A stretch of DNA of 63,856 nucleotides, counting the filler, from Craspedostauros australis (taxonomy: Eukaryota): assembly GCA_030167865.1 (NCBI GenBank). It is 15 parts of 15 records of this genome, joined end to end, with 100 filler letters (N's around TTAATTAATTAA, not from the genome) between each part and the next. Parts side by side here need not be neighbours in the genome. Positions count along the whole stretch, not along the records: positions 1 to 2,959 come from JALAGF010006117.1; positions 3,060 to 6,171 come from JALAGF010006118.1; positions 6,272 to 11,747 come from JALAGF010006119.1; positions 11,848 to 15,656 come from JALAGF010006120.1; 11 more parts are not named here. One strand, 5' to 3'. The notes beneath the pieces were generated by a model. It was not told the origin of the DNA. It saw only the letters and a list, made by a program, of their open reading frames with translations, and did not search any database. Below, one piece after another: positions 1-12,660 of the stretch (positions within the stretch are counted from its first letter, which is position 1; every line of letters starts with the position of its first letter). The translations under genes were made by a program, and so were the position numbers.

Positions 1-2959
1 CGTCAAGGAAGCCTTTCCCACGGATGGATTCATTCCGCTCATCAAGGTGGTGCCGGCCCTTGCCATCCTCGCGCCCAACGCAACAATCCATGAAGACGGA
101 TCGATCACTCATCACTCCACAAGCCAGCGTCGATACAGTAAGTTCGTCACTGGAGCTATCAGCAATGCGGGAAGTATGAGTGTCAGCCAGAACCTAACCG
201 AGGGCCTATCTTCGAGTGCCATGCCAGCAGCGGCTCAGCTGCTGGGTGACAGCTCATGGAACCAGCTGCAGTACATCTTCATGCAGTTCATCAAGGCCAT
301 ATCCACGACGGAACGTCCCATCTACATGTTCCTGGATGATCTGCAGTGGTCATCCGGCGTTGGCTTGCGCCTCCTGGCCAGTCTGATGGAAGACACGGAC
401 CTCAAGAACTTCCTCCTTGTGGGTGCTGTCCGACAGGAGACGAATCCGCACAACGAGGAAGTGCTGGACCTGCCACCAAATCATGCGCTGTCGACTGCCT
501 TCTTGCAAAAACTCGAGGCGACAGAAGACAGCGATGGTGGACCCAGCCACGGCGCTTCCCACCGGCAACATCGAACGCTCAGCCACGTCACCATTGCAAA
601 CCTATCGTTGGCAGACACCACCGCATGGCTGGAGAACATGTTGTGTTGCGAAGACATCGACATCCTCTCGAAGAAGCTGCACATCAAGACCAACGGTAAC
701 ATCTTCTTCACGTTGCAGGCATTGGAAGAGCTGGAGAGGAAGAACATCCTCACATACAACCAAGCTTCATCTCAGTGGGAGTGGAAGGTCCCAAACCAAG
801 GAGGTGGCAAAGGTAGCAGCAGCTTCCGCACCGTGGATCTGCCCATCAGTCACAACATCGTCCACGCCATCGAGTCCAAGCTCAAGGATCTCCCACCGCT
901 GCTCCAAAGAGCCCTATCCGTCGCAGCCTACATCGGATCGACCTTCCACCTCTCTATTCTGCGTCTTGTGCTGCAGAATGAGCAAGGCCATGTGGATGGT
1001 GTGACCAGTGCTACGATCGATGAGGACGGCATCATCTCCAACGAACAGGCACTCTCTGAACTCCTGGAACAGGCCGTCCTCGAGCGTCTGGTCAACAACC
1101 CCATCGGNGGCACCATGTACAACTTCGCCCATGATCGCATCCAGCAGGCTGCGCATGGAATGATCCCTCATGGCGAGGTCCGCGACAAGCTGCGGTTGCG
1201 CATCGGCCACTGCCTGCTGAAGAACTACCGGCTCGGACGGAATGACGACGATCCCTTGAAGGAGAATGACGATGACGACGAGCATGTCAAGTCCAAGTCC
1301 AAAGCCGACGGCAAGAGCAGCAGCCCAAGGAGGTATGGTCTCGACGAAGCCAAGGCACAAAGCCGCCGGCGGCTGCAACAGCACAGCATGCCAGCGCAAT
1401 CAGCACAATCAACGCACTCTACCTCGCAGACGAAACCATCCAAGGCGTCATCCCCACGATTGGACGAGATCGAAGGCCTTCTCTTCGTGGCAGTTGATCA
1501 TCTCAACAGTATCCAGACCAAGGACCACATGTTCACCGTCATGATGAACCTCGAGGTTGGCGAGAAGGCGTTGCAGATGGGAGCCTTGGAATCGGCATCC
1601 AACTACTTAGAGAAGGCGTTCGCTGCCTTGCGTCGAGTGAAGAATCATACTTCCCCCAGTACCAACAGCACCAACTCCAGCAGCAGTGCTGGCAGTGTTA
1701 GCAGCACTTCTTCCGTCCAACAAGCTGCCCATCGATCAGCATGGAACAATGCAGAGCACTACGACGCGTGCTTGCGACTGTACCACGCTCGATGTGATGT
1801 GGAGCTGTCGCTGAGCCACTTCGAGGCTGGGTACAAGCTCGGCTACGAAGTGTTGGACAGGGCTCGGTCGCTTGAGGACAAGCTCCCCACGTACTTCGCG
1901 ATGGCCAAGGCNNNNNNNNNNNNNNNNNNNNNNNNNNNNNNNNNNNNNNNNNNNNNNNNNNGATCCCTTGAAGGAGAATGACGATGACGACGAGCATGTC
2001 AAGTCCAAGTCCAAAGCCGACGGCAAGAGCAGCAGCCCAAGGAGGGATAGTCTCGACAAAGCCAAGGCACAAAGCCGCCGGCGGCTGCAACAGCACAGCA
2101 TGCCAGCGCAATCAACGCGCTCTACCTCGCAGACGAAACCATCCAAGGCGTCATCCTCACGATTGGACGAGATCGAAGGCCTTCTCTTCGTGGCAGTTGA
2201 TCATCTCAACAGTATCCAGACCAAGGACCACATGTTCACCGTCATGATGAACCTCGAGGTTGGCGAGAAGGCGTTGCAGATGGGAGCCTTGGAATCGGCA
2301 TCCAACTACTTGGAGAAGTCGTTCACTGCCTTGCGTCGAGTGAAGAATCATGCTTCCCCCATCAACAACAGCACCAACTCCAGCAGCAGCAGCAACAGCA
2401 GTACCAGCAGTGTTAGCAGCACTTCTTCCGTCCAACAAGATGCCCATCTCTCAGCATGGAACAATGCAGAGCACTACGACGCGTGCTTGCGACTGTACCA
2501 CGCTCGATGTGATGTGGAGCTGTCGCTGAGCCACTTCGAGGCTGGGTACAAGCTCGGCTACGAAGTGTTGGACAGGGCTCGGTCGCTTGAGGACAAGCTC
2601 CCCACGTACTTCGCGATGGCCAAGGCGCTGGGCAGGGAAGATCGTCATCTGGACGCCCAGCAACTCGACAAACGAGCGCTCCGAGCGATGAAAGAGTTCC
2701 CGAAGAGATGGCACTTGCTGCGCAGCGCCAAGATGCTGCTGGATATCAAGTCGTTCCTGAAGAAGAACACGAACGAGCAGATCATGTCCTTGCCGCTCAT
2801 GACAGATCCGGGTCAGATCTACAGCATGAGGATCGGCACCGACTTCGGCATTCGCTCCAACCTCATCCGCAAGGTGGTTCCGTACCTCTTCAATCTGTTC
2901 AGGACGATTCAGTGTACCATTCGGTACGGCATCACCGAAGACGCGGCACCTGCTTTCGG
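1..2959 (+). CDS. STAND/AAA-type ATPase with helical C-terminal region (diatom homologue of bacterial kinase-AAA ATPase-HK proteins); partial at both ends, with 1962-2626 repeating ~1250-1911 across an N gap
   Basis: Walker B-like MFLDDLQW, TNGNIFF (GNPFF-like), YNFAHDRIQQAA (FxHDxIQ), AVDHLN and NLEVGEKA motifs in ORFs 47..1981 and 1872..3011. Confidence 0.75.
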
Positions 2960-3003
2960 NNNNNNNNNNNNNNNNNNNNNNNNNNNNNNNNNNNNNNNNN
3001 NNN

Positions 3004-3015
3004 TTAATTAATTAA
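3004..3015. other. Artificial scaffold spacer TTAATTAATTAA flanked by Ns; also at 6216, 11792, 15701, 22069, 26497, 31826, 41854, 43524, 46080, 47635, 50735, 55324 and 62023
   Basis: Identical 12-mer with stops in all six frames, always inside N runs; unrelated sequence on either side. Confidence 0.97.
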
Positions 3016-3059
3016 NNNNNNNNNNNNNNNNNNNNNNNNNNNNNNNNNNNNNNNNNNNN

Positions 3060-3970
3060 TCGAGGAGGACCATCGCGACACAACCACCACCACCAACACC
3101 AGCCCACCAGCGAACACCAACGAACACGAATTGGGACCAAGGATGATCGATTTTGGCGAAGTCGGCGAATTGACAAAAAATATGAAGAAGATGACCGTCA
3201 ACCCGTTGGGCCAGGAATTCAAGGCCCTTGTCTTGGGGGGCCTGCATCTTATCCCCATCAGTGTGGACGAACCAACCAAAACTGCGAATCAAGCTGATCA
3301 GCGTCGTGGCTTTTCAATCCACTACCACTGCCNNNNNNNNNNNNNNNNNNNNNNNNNNNNNNNNNNNNNNNNNNNNNNNNNNNNNNNGCAATTCTTGGAG
3401 CTCTCCCTCAAGGTCGATGTGCGATTTTTCGATGCAGCAACTTACTTGCCACAGACAGATGAGAACACACAGGACAGCAAGCACGAAGTGGCCAAGATGT
3501 TCTCCAAAGAGCAGGCTGGAGTGCAGCTGTACTATGACAAATTGTTTGAAGCAGCAAGCATGGACTTCCCTGTGTCTGATGGCTTCATGTTTNNNNNNNN
3601 NNNNNNNNNNNNNNNNNNNNNNNNNNNNNNNNNNNNNNNNNNCATGGACTTCCCTGTGTCTGATGGCTTCATGTTTGTCAAGGTGCGCAAACTTTTCCCG
3701 TCCAAGGTGGTACCGAACTTCGTTGATCGCTTCGAGCAATACAAAGATGTTGCGCATGACGAAGATCCGCTCGAGTGCACTGAGATCAACACAAACTTTG
3801 GNNNNNNNNNNNNNNNCGAAGGCGACGATACTGATCCAGTGTCTTTTGTCATGAACACTGCAACTGTGTTGTGCCCCAAACAACAGAACTCTGCCACCTC
3901 TGCGACTCCAAAGAGAAACACCAAACGCTCACTCAGACGCCCAAAGGCAGCAACCCCAATGGCACCTTAA
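3060..3970 (+). CDS. Hypothetical protein, gapped and 5'-partial, possibly repeat-derived
   Basis: Open frame across three N gaps ending in a basic, NLS-like tail (TPKRNTKRSLRRPK); no recognised domain. Confidence 0.35.
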
Positions 3971-4497
3971 CTACTCCACACATCAATAGTCCCACACAAG
4001 TCAATCAACCACAACACGAACAAATGCACACTTAATCAGCAACACCAGCACAGTTGCCAACAACACAGGAGTGGTGCTTCTCAGGTTTGTGAGTTGCTTC
4101 GCTCTCCGCACTCCAACACTGGTTGCCCCGGTCATGCTATTCAGTCCAAGCCACCGTAGCGTACGTGTTTCATTTCAGCTTATTTTCTGACCTATGGTAA
4201 TTTTTCTTTTTTACCGTTGCTCCCAGACAAAGCCAAAGCAATGCACACGGAGAGTACACCGTACGTATGATACGATCTACATCCACGATCATCGACCCCA
4301 CCAACGAGCAACACTCCTGCCCCCTGCGCTTGGCCGATCAGAGAACTTGGAGAATTGCAATCCGCACCGTTGAGGAGAGCGATCTGCAGAATTGTTGCGG
4401 ACAATAGAACCAATCAAGGCAGCCCACAACAAAGGAGAAGGACGATCTCTCCACGAGTAGAGACAGAGAGAGCAGCCAGCTCAAGAGGCACATCACC

Positions 4498-5085
4498 ATG
4501 GCAGCATCATCGTCATCATCGCCACCATCATCGTTATCGTCGAGCGCACCACCGAAGGCCTCCAAAGACGGTGACAGCACGCTGCCGCCGCCGCACAACA
4601 TCTTCCGCGACTCGCCGCTGCGATACTTGGGATACGCCAATGAAGTCGGCGAGTCCTTCCGTTACCAATACCCGCGTTGGGTGATGCCCAGCTACGTCGT
4701 GGCCTTCGGATATTGCTTCGCCGACGCCTGCACGACGGGGTACGACACGTACAATACGACGCAGAAAACCGTGCCAACAGCCGTGTCGACGATGGACGTG
4801 ATGCTGTGGCAATCGCTGGCCAGTGTGGGAATTCCGGGCATGACGATCAATCTCATCGTGCGATCGTCGCGATTTGCCTTGGCGCGGACGCCGATGGCGG
4901 TCCCTGCCATGGCAGCCAAGTGGATGCCGACGTTCGTGGGGTTGGCCAGCATTCCTTTCATCATTCATCCGATTGACACCGTCGTTGACCATTTCATGGA
5001 TGCGACGTATCGGTCGTGGACTGGACAGTTGTTGACGAAAGAGATAGAAGACAGCATCACCAAAGTTGACCGACGAGAGGAATGA
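4498..5085 (+). CDS. MTFP1: Mitochondrial fission process protein 1 (MTP18 family)
   Basis: Signature IFRDSPLRYLGYANEVGESFR, then DVMLWQSLASVGIPGMTIN and PTFVGLASIPFIIHPIDTVVDHFMD. Confidence 0.9.
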   Translation: MAASSSSSPPSSLSSSAPPKASKDGDSTLPPPHNIFRDSPLRYLGYANEVGESFRYQYPRWVMPSYVVAFGYCFADACTTGYDTYNTTQKTVPTAVSTMDVMLWQSLASVGIPGMTINLIVRSSRFALARTPMAVPAMAAKWMPTFVGLASIPFIIHPIDTVVDHFMDATYRSWTGQLLTKEIEDSITKVDRREE

Positions 5086-5434
5086 TCGAATGTTGGAGGG
5101 AGATGCGATGGATCAGCGCAAGAGTATTGCGTTGGAGGAAACAACACCGGGAATGGATCGGCAGAATGATCTGGCGCTGTTCAAACGGTCCCCATTCTGT
5201 TGGATGTTTGGTGTATGGTACAGTTCTGAAAGACTCACGCAAGCTCGAAGCGACAATCGAGCATCAACCAATGAGACAAATGTGATCGTTGACACATGAA
5301 ATGATGCGCATCCGTGCAGTTAATTGTAGCGTACGAGCATGCATACATGCGTGGTTGTTTGACTCCATTCTGTTCTTGCTCCACGTGATGGAACGGATCA
5401 TCGCGCTGTGTATATGTGTGGCCACTGCTGGTTT

Positions 5435-5923
5435 TCACCGAATCATCCCCGCATTCAACAGGAATTGAATCAGTTCATTCAGCTGCCTATAGATGCGCAT
5501 CGATTGGCCCGCTTTGGATATCTTGACCACCTCTATCCACGCGCCCTTGAGGGTGGACTTGGTTTTGTAGTGGGTGCTTGAGAAGGATTTGAGAAACCGT
5601 CCAACGTCACAATCCATCGAACCTTCGTACCGCAGGAACTGCTCGCCCAGCGCCGTCATCTTGTAGCCAAGCGGATTGCAGCCAGCCGGGATGATCCAGT
5701 CGGCGAGGCTGCCGCCGCGGATCTGCAGTGGCATTGTGCTCATCGATGATTTGGCAACGAACGCAGATGGCCGATCCTTGTGGAGATGGAATGCGCCATG
5801 CGAGGCTTCTGAAGGAAGCGAATGAACCGAGGATGGACGAGCGTGGCATCCGCAGTGGGACATCGCAGTGATCATCACCGCGATGACGGCGAACAGAGAA
5901 TACGAATGGCGCGTTCGTGCCAT
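5435..5923 (-). CDS. Hypothetical protein with N-terminal signal peptide
   Basis: ATG at 5923, hydrophobic leader (LFAVIAVMITAM), LQIRGG motif typical of stramenopile presequences, globular C-terminal part. Confidence 0.6.
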   Translation of the reverse strand: MARTRHSYSLFAVIAVMITAMSHCGCHARPSSVHSLPSEASHGAFHLHKDRPSAFVAKSSMSTMPLQIRGGSLADWIIPAGCNPLGYKMTALGEQFLRYEGSMDCDVGRFLKSFSSTHYKTKSTLKGAWIEVVKISKAGQSMRIYRQLNELIQFLLNAGMIR

Positions 5924-6271
5924 CTTTGCGTTGCTTGGAATTGCGTCTCTTTGGTTGTGATGATGCTCGTCGTTGGTGCGAATGCACAATGGTACTCGCA
6001 TGTGAGTACGAGCATGGCAAAGTGCACCTTTGAATAGTGCTATAGAATATGATAGTACTCTACTCTGCGTGTGTCGTTTGTACTCGCAGTATGGTACGTT
6101 GCCCGATTGCGGAACGGGACGGGAACAACAACCAATGTTGAAGAGGGCCTCTCTGTGTTGGAGATGTGGACNNNNNNNNNNNNNNNNNNNNNNNNNNNNN
6201 NNNNNNNNNNNNNNNTTAATTAATTAANNNNNNNNNNNNNNNNNNNNNNNNNNNNNNNNNNNNNNNNNNNN

Positions 6272-7432
6272 GACACCTTCATTGTCTTGTGCGTTGACAT
6301 CAGCGTTGGAAGATTCCAGAAGATACTTCACAACATTCAATTGACCGCTGGCACATGCAAAATGAAGTGGGGTGAAGCCGTTACTGGCTTGGATGTTGAC
6401 CTCAATATTGCCCAATTCCACCAAGCATTTCACAACTTCCAAATGGCCGCACAAGCATGCCCCATGTAATGGAGTGAGGCCTTGGTGGATTTGTGTATTG
6501 GCATCAGCGTTGGAAGATTCCAACAAATATTTGACAACGTTCGAATGGCCGAATGTGCAGGCAAGATGAAGTGGAGTGGCACCGCGAGAGTCTTGGACGT
6601 TGACATCAGCATTGCATGAGTCCACCAAGTACTTCACAACCTCCAAAGGGTCACCTCCAGAGCACTCAACATTCAATGAAGCNNNNNNNNNNNNNNNNNN
6701 NNNNNNNNNNNNNNNNNNNNNNNNNNNNNNNNNNNNNNNNNNATCCGAAGCACCACGTCGGCATGCATAATGCAGCAGCGTGCAGCCAGCACTATCCACG
6801 ATAGTCACATCGACGTTGAGCGATTGCACCAGATACTTCATGCAGTCCAGATGACCTCGCGAGCATGCCCATTGAAGTGGAGTGAGGCCGCGAGTGTCCC
6901 GAACATCAATGTCTGCATCACATGAGTCCACGAGATACTTCGCGCAATCCAAATGACCTTGATGGAAAGTGCACTGGAATGCAGTTGCACCACGGAAACC
7001 AGGGATGGATATGTCAGCGTTGCATGCTTCCACCAGGTACTTCGCACAATCCAGGTGACCATTCCAGCATGCTGACACAAGCGGGGTGCTCCCATTGTTG
7101 GCTTGGATGTTGATATAGGTCGAGCTTGATTTCACCAGATACTTCACACAAGCCAAGTGGCCTTTGCTGCATGCTCGATGCAGGAGAGTCTTGCCATCGT
7201 CATCCTTGATGCTACCGTGATCGTCTCTTGGGTTGTTGTTCTTCCACTCCTTCAACATTGTCAGATTCCCGTTTGTGGCAGCGCGAAGGAGTTTGTCTTT
7301 CGTGATGTTGGACATGTCGGCGTCATGATTGTTGGCTGTGACGTGTGGTGTGTTGGTATTGTGTGAGTGGTGTCCGAAAGCTGAAGCAATCCGCGACAGT
7401 ACATTGCGGATGCATGAAGAATAGAAGCACAT
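6272..7432 (-). CDS. Ankyrin-repeat protein, 3'-partial (start at 7432 or 7315)
   Basis: At least 9 repeats of G-TPLH-AC-GHL-VKYLV; N-cap LLRAATNGNLTMLKEWK. Confidence 0.9.
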
Positions 7433-8719
7433 CGTGTGGACGTGACGAGATGATGTGAGTTGTTGCGGATGTGATATGAGAGGAATGGAGTATGTATGCG
7501 ATAGAAGTTTGATTTGCGCAGAGGATTCATTCATTTTATGAACACAGCTTCGAAGAGATGGTTGGATGGAGCTGCCAGAATACGCCTTTCCCTCATGATC
7601 TCATGTTCCGTCTCATCATGTATCGTGTTGTCCTACCCTGTTTCGTTTCGTTTCGTTTTCGTCGTGTTCTGCCGTGTTTCGTCTCGTCTCGTCACATCTC
7701 GCCTCGCCTCACCTTGCAATGAAGATGAGCGGAGTTGTGCTATGATGCTTTGCGCTGTTTCGTTTTTTGCAGCTCGTTGGCCTTGGTTTGGTAGTGGCAG
7801 CATCGGTAGTGTGGCACAGCGTGGGTTGTTGTCAATGTCCACGATGCTCGTACATCACATGACAGGTGCCGACTGGCCTTTTCACGATCGATGGTTCTCA
7901 AGGTGAGTCTCCACGTACTGGCTGTTGAGCTCGTGACACCAACATCGTGTCGTCCACGATCATTCATTGACGAGGAGAACGATGATGTCGATAGCATTGC
8001 TGGTGATGACACTGGCGACGACGATACTCCATCCATCGTTGCTCGAAGCACATGGAGTGTGCACTCGCGGAGTACTTCCGGTCGGATTGTCATGTTGTGG
8101 AGCAACTCACACGATCATACGATCATACGATCATACCATACTTTACTTGTAGTCGTAGCGTAACACAACGACGGCGTGTGCATTTCGTGGACGGGTCGTG
8201 TTCCATCAACACACCCACATGTTTCTCACACGTTTCCCATTGTGGAAGGTTGACACTTTTGGTTTTGCGTTTGTTCGCAGAATTTCGTCAGAATGACATC
8301 TTGGAACGACTCAACCCTGCTGAGCACTCAGGACTCGAATATGGACAGACTTGCATTCAAGACTAGAGAGATACTCTCTATCAGCTTTTCAGTCATCCGC
8401 CATTGGCAGTAATCGGCGACAGCAGGAGTGTGAGCATAGCCAGTACACGCTGAAACTTACGAGTTCCACGTACCACACCATTCAAAGCTACTCGCAACAC
8501 GAGGAGAATGCAACAAATGAAGTAGGCTGAGGTCTACCAGTGCGAGTATGTGTGGTACATACGGTAGGCACACGACTCTTCACATTATCGCCCGAAAATG
8601 TGTATCTTGGTTGGCAGGCAGTGGAGGTCAGGGAATGTAGTGTGATATAATAGATTCGACAGGTTGCATGAGAAATGCAGATGGAGAAGCAAACCCTTTA
8701 CTCGAAGAGAGTACTCTGG

Positions 8720-8770
8720 AATAGAGTAGAGTAGAGGAGATCAGAGTAGAGTAGAGTAGAGTAGAGTAGT
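8720..8770. repeat. (GTAGA)n microsatellite
   Basis: agagtagagtagag...agagtagagtagagtagagtagagtag. Confidence 0.8.
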
Positions 8771-8899
8771 GTGGGTACTCTACTTCATTTCCCTGAAAGT
8801 TGGGCCGCCCGATGACCAAAGCACTTGGACTGGATCGACGATCAACCTACTTCCGCTCTATTGAGAGAGGTGGTCGACTGGAGTAGACTACCCGCAGCG

Positions 8900-9143
8900 T
8901 ACTAGCTGCAGAGAATGTAAAATGGGGTCACGATAGCACTAGTTGTAGAGTTTTGGCCCCTTGTTGCCACTGGTTTGCTTGCTTTTGGGAGAAACGGCGA
9001 TTGCATATTTAGAGCTATTTCGTGTTTACTCTCGCTGATCCGTCTTCTACGTCACAGGGAACGGATTCCACGTCATGCAACACGAGTCACAACAGAGGAA
9101 GAGACATCGTGCTACTCTTCCTCCACAAGACAACGTGATGACT
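8900..9143 (+). repeat. Dispersed repeat; inverted copy at ~43776-44030
   Basis: ctagttgtagagttttggccccttgttgccactggtttgcttgcttttgggagaa...cttctacgtcacaggg...ttccacgtcatgcaa matches the reverse complement of ~43850-43990; an exact 24-mer is also at 57574-57597. Confidence 0.85.
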
Positions 9144-9174
9144 GTGCGAAGCAACGAGCACACACGATGCTACA

Positions 9175-11747
9175 GTGTCATCTTTGCCATCGCAGCAGCA
9201 GCAGCAGCAGCGCAAGCAAGGGGCCAAACTGGGCCTTGTGTCCGCGACGTTGGGAATTGTAGGGACGATGTTTGGAAGAAAGGCTGCCGGCAATGATGTA
9301 CCCAAGTCAGAGAAGGGTGGGGAAACTACGGACGCTCAACCGAACACCACCCCCACTGTGCTCAAAGCAGCAACGTCAACCACAACCTCCGTCGACCAAC
9401 GCAATGCCACGACGGCAGGCAGCGGAGCCACTTCAGTCAAGTCCACACCCTCCACTCAACACGGCACAGCCAACGCATGCTCGGTGGCGTCGAGTTCCAT
9501 CCGAGTCGAAGAAAACCAAGCCCGAAGCAACCCTGCCATTGTGGCACAGTCCTGGGAAGAGGCGGAAGGTTTGGTATCTGTCATCCCTGCACCTACTTTG
9601 GTCAGAAAGATGCGTGGTAAGCAGGCGGTGGCGGCCTTCGGTGCAATTGCTGCCTCTCAGTCGATGCCGACGTTCTACAACAATTCGCTTGGCAAGGAAT
9701 CACCATCCAGGATTGGATAAAGCAAGAATACGAGCGTCGGAACCGAAAAGAGCACCATCTCAAGCATTCACAGCAATCATGATGGTCAGACCACATCCAT
9801 GGACGTCACAGATCGCGTCTCCAACCAGCAACGCGACAACAGCATGATGCAGGTCCGAATCGCGTCGCCAACAGCCTCTGCAACAGGCATCGAGCTTCTA
9901 GCGGGAGCATACGTTGCAAACCGTGTGCTTGCTCCAAACCACCTGCAATCGGCGCAAACAACACGTTCCGCATCCTTGTCTTCTGGGTCCGAGGCCGACC
10001 AGCAGTCGAACGACCAACAGCAGGCCGAGAACTTGGCACGAAATGCCGAACCCCCAGCTGTGACCATGACGCAAGCTACCGACAGCGGAGAACAGATCGA
10101 CAACATCGAAGTGCGGGCCGTTTCGGTCATAGATGAAGGATCGCAAAAGTCAGTCCGCTTCAACAAATCAGACTCGTCCAGCACGCAACAATTCCACGAA
10201 CACTACCGATCAAGCGTGATGACAGGAGCCAGCTCGTCACACAGGCCTACATGGTGCAACGACACGCTGTCAAGCGGGTCGGTATACTACGACGATTCGA
10301 CGTACTCGAACGGAGAGTCACGCTCCAACCGTTCCAATGCCAGCACCAGCGACGGTAACTTCATTTCTGGGGCCGTGGTTGGAGCAGCCGCAATTGGCGC
10401 TGCAGCGGCCGTGGCAGCTGCAGCTGCATCATCTTCCAACACACGAGACAGATCATCATCCGTCGGTGGAACAGCAACAGAAACAACGCAGAATGCCGGT
10501 GGCAGCAAGCAGTTGCGTCCGTTGGCAGAGAGCAGCGCAAGCGGAACATCCAGCCTGGCATCCAGCGATGTCTACACGAATCGTTCCGAAGGTGTCAAGA
10601 ATGGCGAGGTCCGTGCCGTTGACCTCTCTTCTTCGACATCATCTGACTACGAGGCGAAGATTGCAGCAATGATTCGCTCGCAGATGCAGAGAGAAGGCAT
10701 CGAACCTCTCACAGAGACCAGCAGCCCTCCTCCGGCTCCTCTCGAAGACATCATGAACCTTGCTGCGGTCAAACTGGCTGCTGGTAGTTCATACGAAACC
10801 AGCAACAAGGACGAATCTGCCAGCAAGGACGCGTGTCAACCGGGATCTGAAAAGCAAGACCTGATCGCCGGTGCAGCCAACCCAGTGATAGTCGGCCACC
10901 TCGTGGAAACTGTACGTTCATCCGATGGCATCCCAGTCGTCCGGGGCATGGACGTTCTCATGCCTGCGCGAGGAATGAACGGCGGTCAATCCACAGTCTC
11001 CAAATTCACCGTGTCCGAAAATGAACGGTCAGTGAGATCTGGTGCAGCTTCCACCAGGAAGTTGTCTTCCAGCTCTGCGGAGAACGAACGCCCTTCGTCG
11101 TTCAATGAGTCCGTCTTGAACAGCCAGTTGGACTCTGACTCGGAAAAGGTTGGGGCGCTGGTCGCGCACGAAGACCAATCGAGCCAACCCACAATGCAGA
11201 GCGATCGCGGCTTCGGGAAAGATGACAGTAGCAACAAGGATGACGAAGCCAACGCATTGAAAACCACCGCAGCTGTTGGCGTGGCTGCAGCAGTCATTAC
11301 GGCGGCATCTGTGGCAGCTGCAGCTGCAGCTGCAGCCAAACCCACGACCACTACCACAGCCACAGCCACAGCCAAACCCAACGTCACAGCTGATGGCAGC
11401 CCTGCAGTCAGCGTGGCGACGAGCGCAAGCGCCAAATCGAACCCTGTCGATGGTAGCTGCACCGACAACGCGTCTGCGGTCTCAACAAACGATGGTACCG
11501 ACGCCGTTCAAGATGCATCGGCAAGTGTTTCGACTGGTCACATCGAGCGTAACTCATCCCACAAGTCGGTCAGCACAGAGAAGTCGTCATCGGACGATGT
11601 CACCAAGAACGCCCGGACTGGAGTAGCCACAGGTGCAGCAGCTGTCCTTGGGGTTGGCGCAGCGACCATGACCAAGTCTTTGATGAATGCAGAAAAGGAT
11701 TGCGACAATGCTGATGTTGGTGGTGCTCTGGCTGAACATGACCCAAT
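9175..11747 (+). CDS. Large low-complexity Ser/Ala/Thr-rich disordered protein with one in-frame TAA at 9718-9720; 3'-partial
   Basis: ORFs 9175..9720 and 9799..11799 share a frame, the 78 nt between them is open, and composition is continuous. Confidence 0.6.
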
Positions 11748-11847
11748 NNNNNNNNNNNNNNNNNNNNNNNNNNNNNNNNNNNNNNNNNNNNTTAATTAAT
11801 TAANNNNNNNNNNNNNNNNNNNNNNNNNNNNNNNNNNNNNNNNNNNN

Positions 11848-12546
11848 CATGCCGCCGCCTTCGATGGCGAGTGCGACACTGGCATCGTCGTTGCGGGCGC
11901 CCGGTTTGGAGGAAGGATCGTGGAATCGTTGAGCAAGGATTTGCAGGACGTCGTGCGATAGCATGTCTTGGACGTCCTTCTCGGCCAGGTCGATCTCGAG
12001 TTGCACATCCTTGAAGGCGACCCCGTCGTCCAGAACGGCTTGTTGCAGTTCGGCGGCGTTGGCGACTGGGCGCTTTCTGCCTTTGCCTCTACCTTTCTTC
12101 CTGTTGCCGTTGTCGTTGCTCTCATTGTTGTTGTTGTTGGTGGTGGCCGATCGACGCGATGCGATATCGCTTGATGGGAAGAGGGAGAATGATGTTGGAC
12201 TGGCACTGTTGTTGGTATTATTGTCGTTGTCATTGACCACGAAGTTGAAGGATGCGTGCGACTCCTGCTCCACCACCGATGGTATGACCTGCCGAAGTTC
12301 CGTGACAAGAGAAGTGTGCCGGACGCTGCGTCGGAGCCTGTTCGATGCCTTGCGCGCAACGTTGAGGACCACCAGAACCTTCCCGGAGGTGCGATTCGTT
12401 GTTGGTGTGGTTGTTGAAGTTGTTGTTGATGTTGTTGATTCTAGTCCCGTCCGTGACTCGCTTGACCACCACCAATGTAGCGAACACCTCGCACCCACAT
12501 CTTCCCACAGAGCTGGGTGAGCCGCTGTCATGCGGGCAGACTGCAA
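11848..12546 (-). CDS. Patatin-like phospholipase, N-terminal fragment
   Basis: Frame ends at the gap in VALAIEGGGM, the start of the patatin GxGxxG loop, preceded by HDVLQILAQRF...SKPGARNDD. Confidence 0.7.
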
Positions 12547-12660
12547 CTCCCAAACTCATCAATCCCATTCTAACATTATATCATTACATATTCTATTATA
12601 TCTATAATGGAATAATATATATTGTATTAGCAAACAACATCGATTCACACACTCAGTCCT

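Noticed and set aside
3970..4200. Possible Helitron 3' end after the orphan ORF
   Set aside because: No convincing hairpin-plus-CTRR terminus and no second copy in the window
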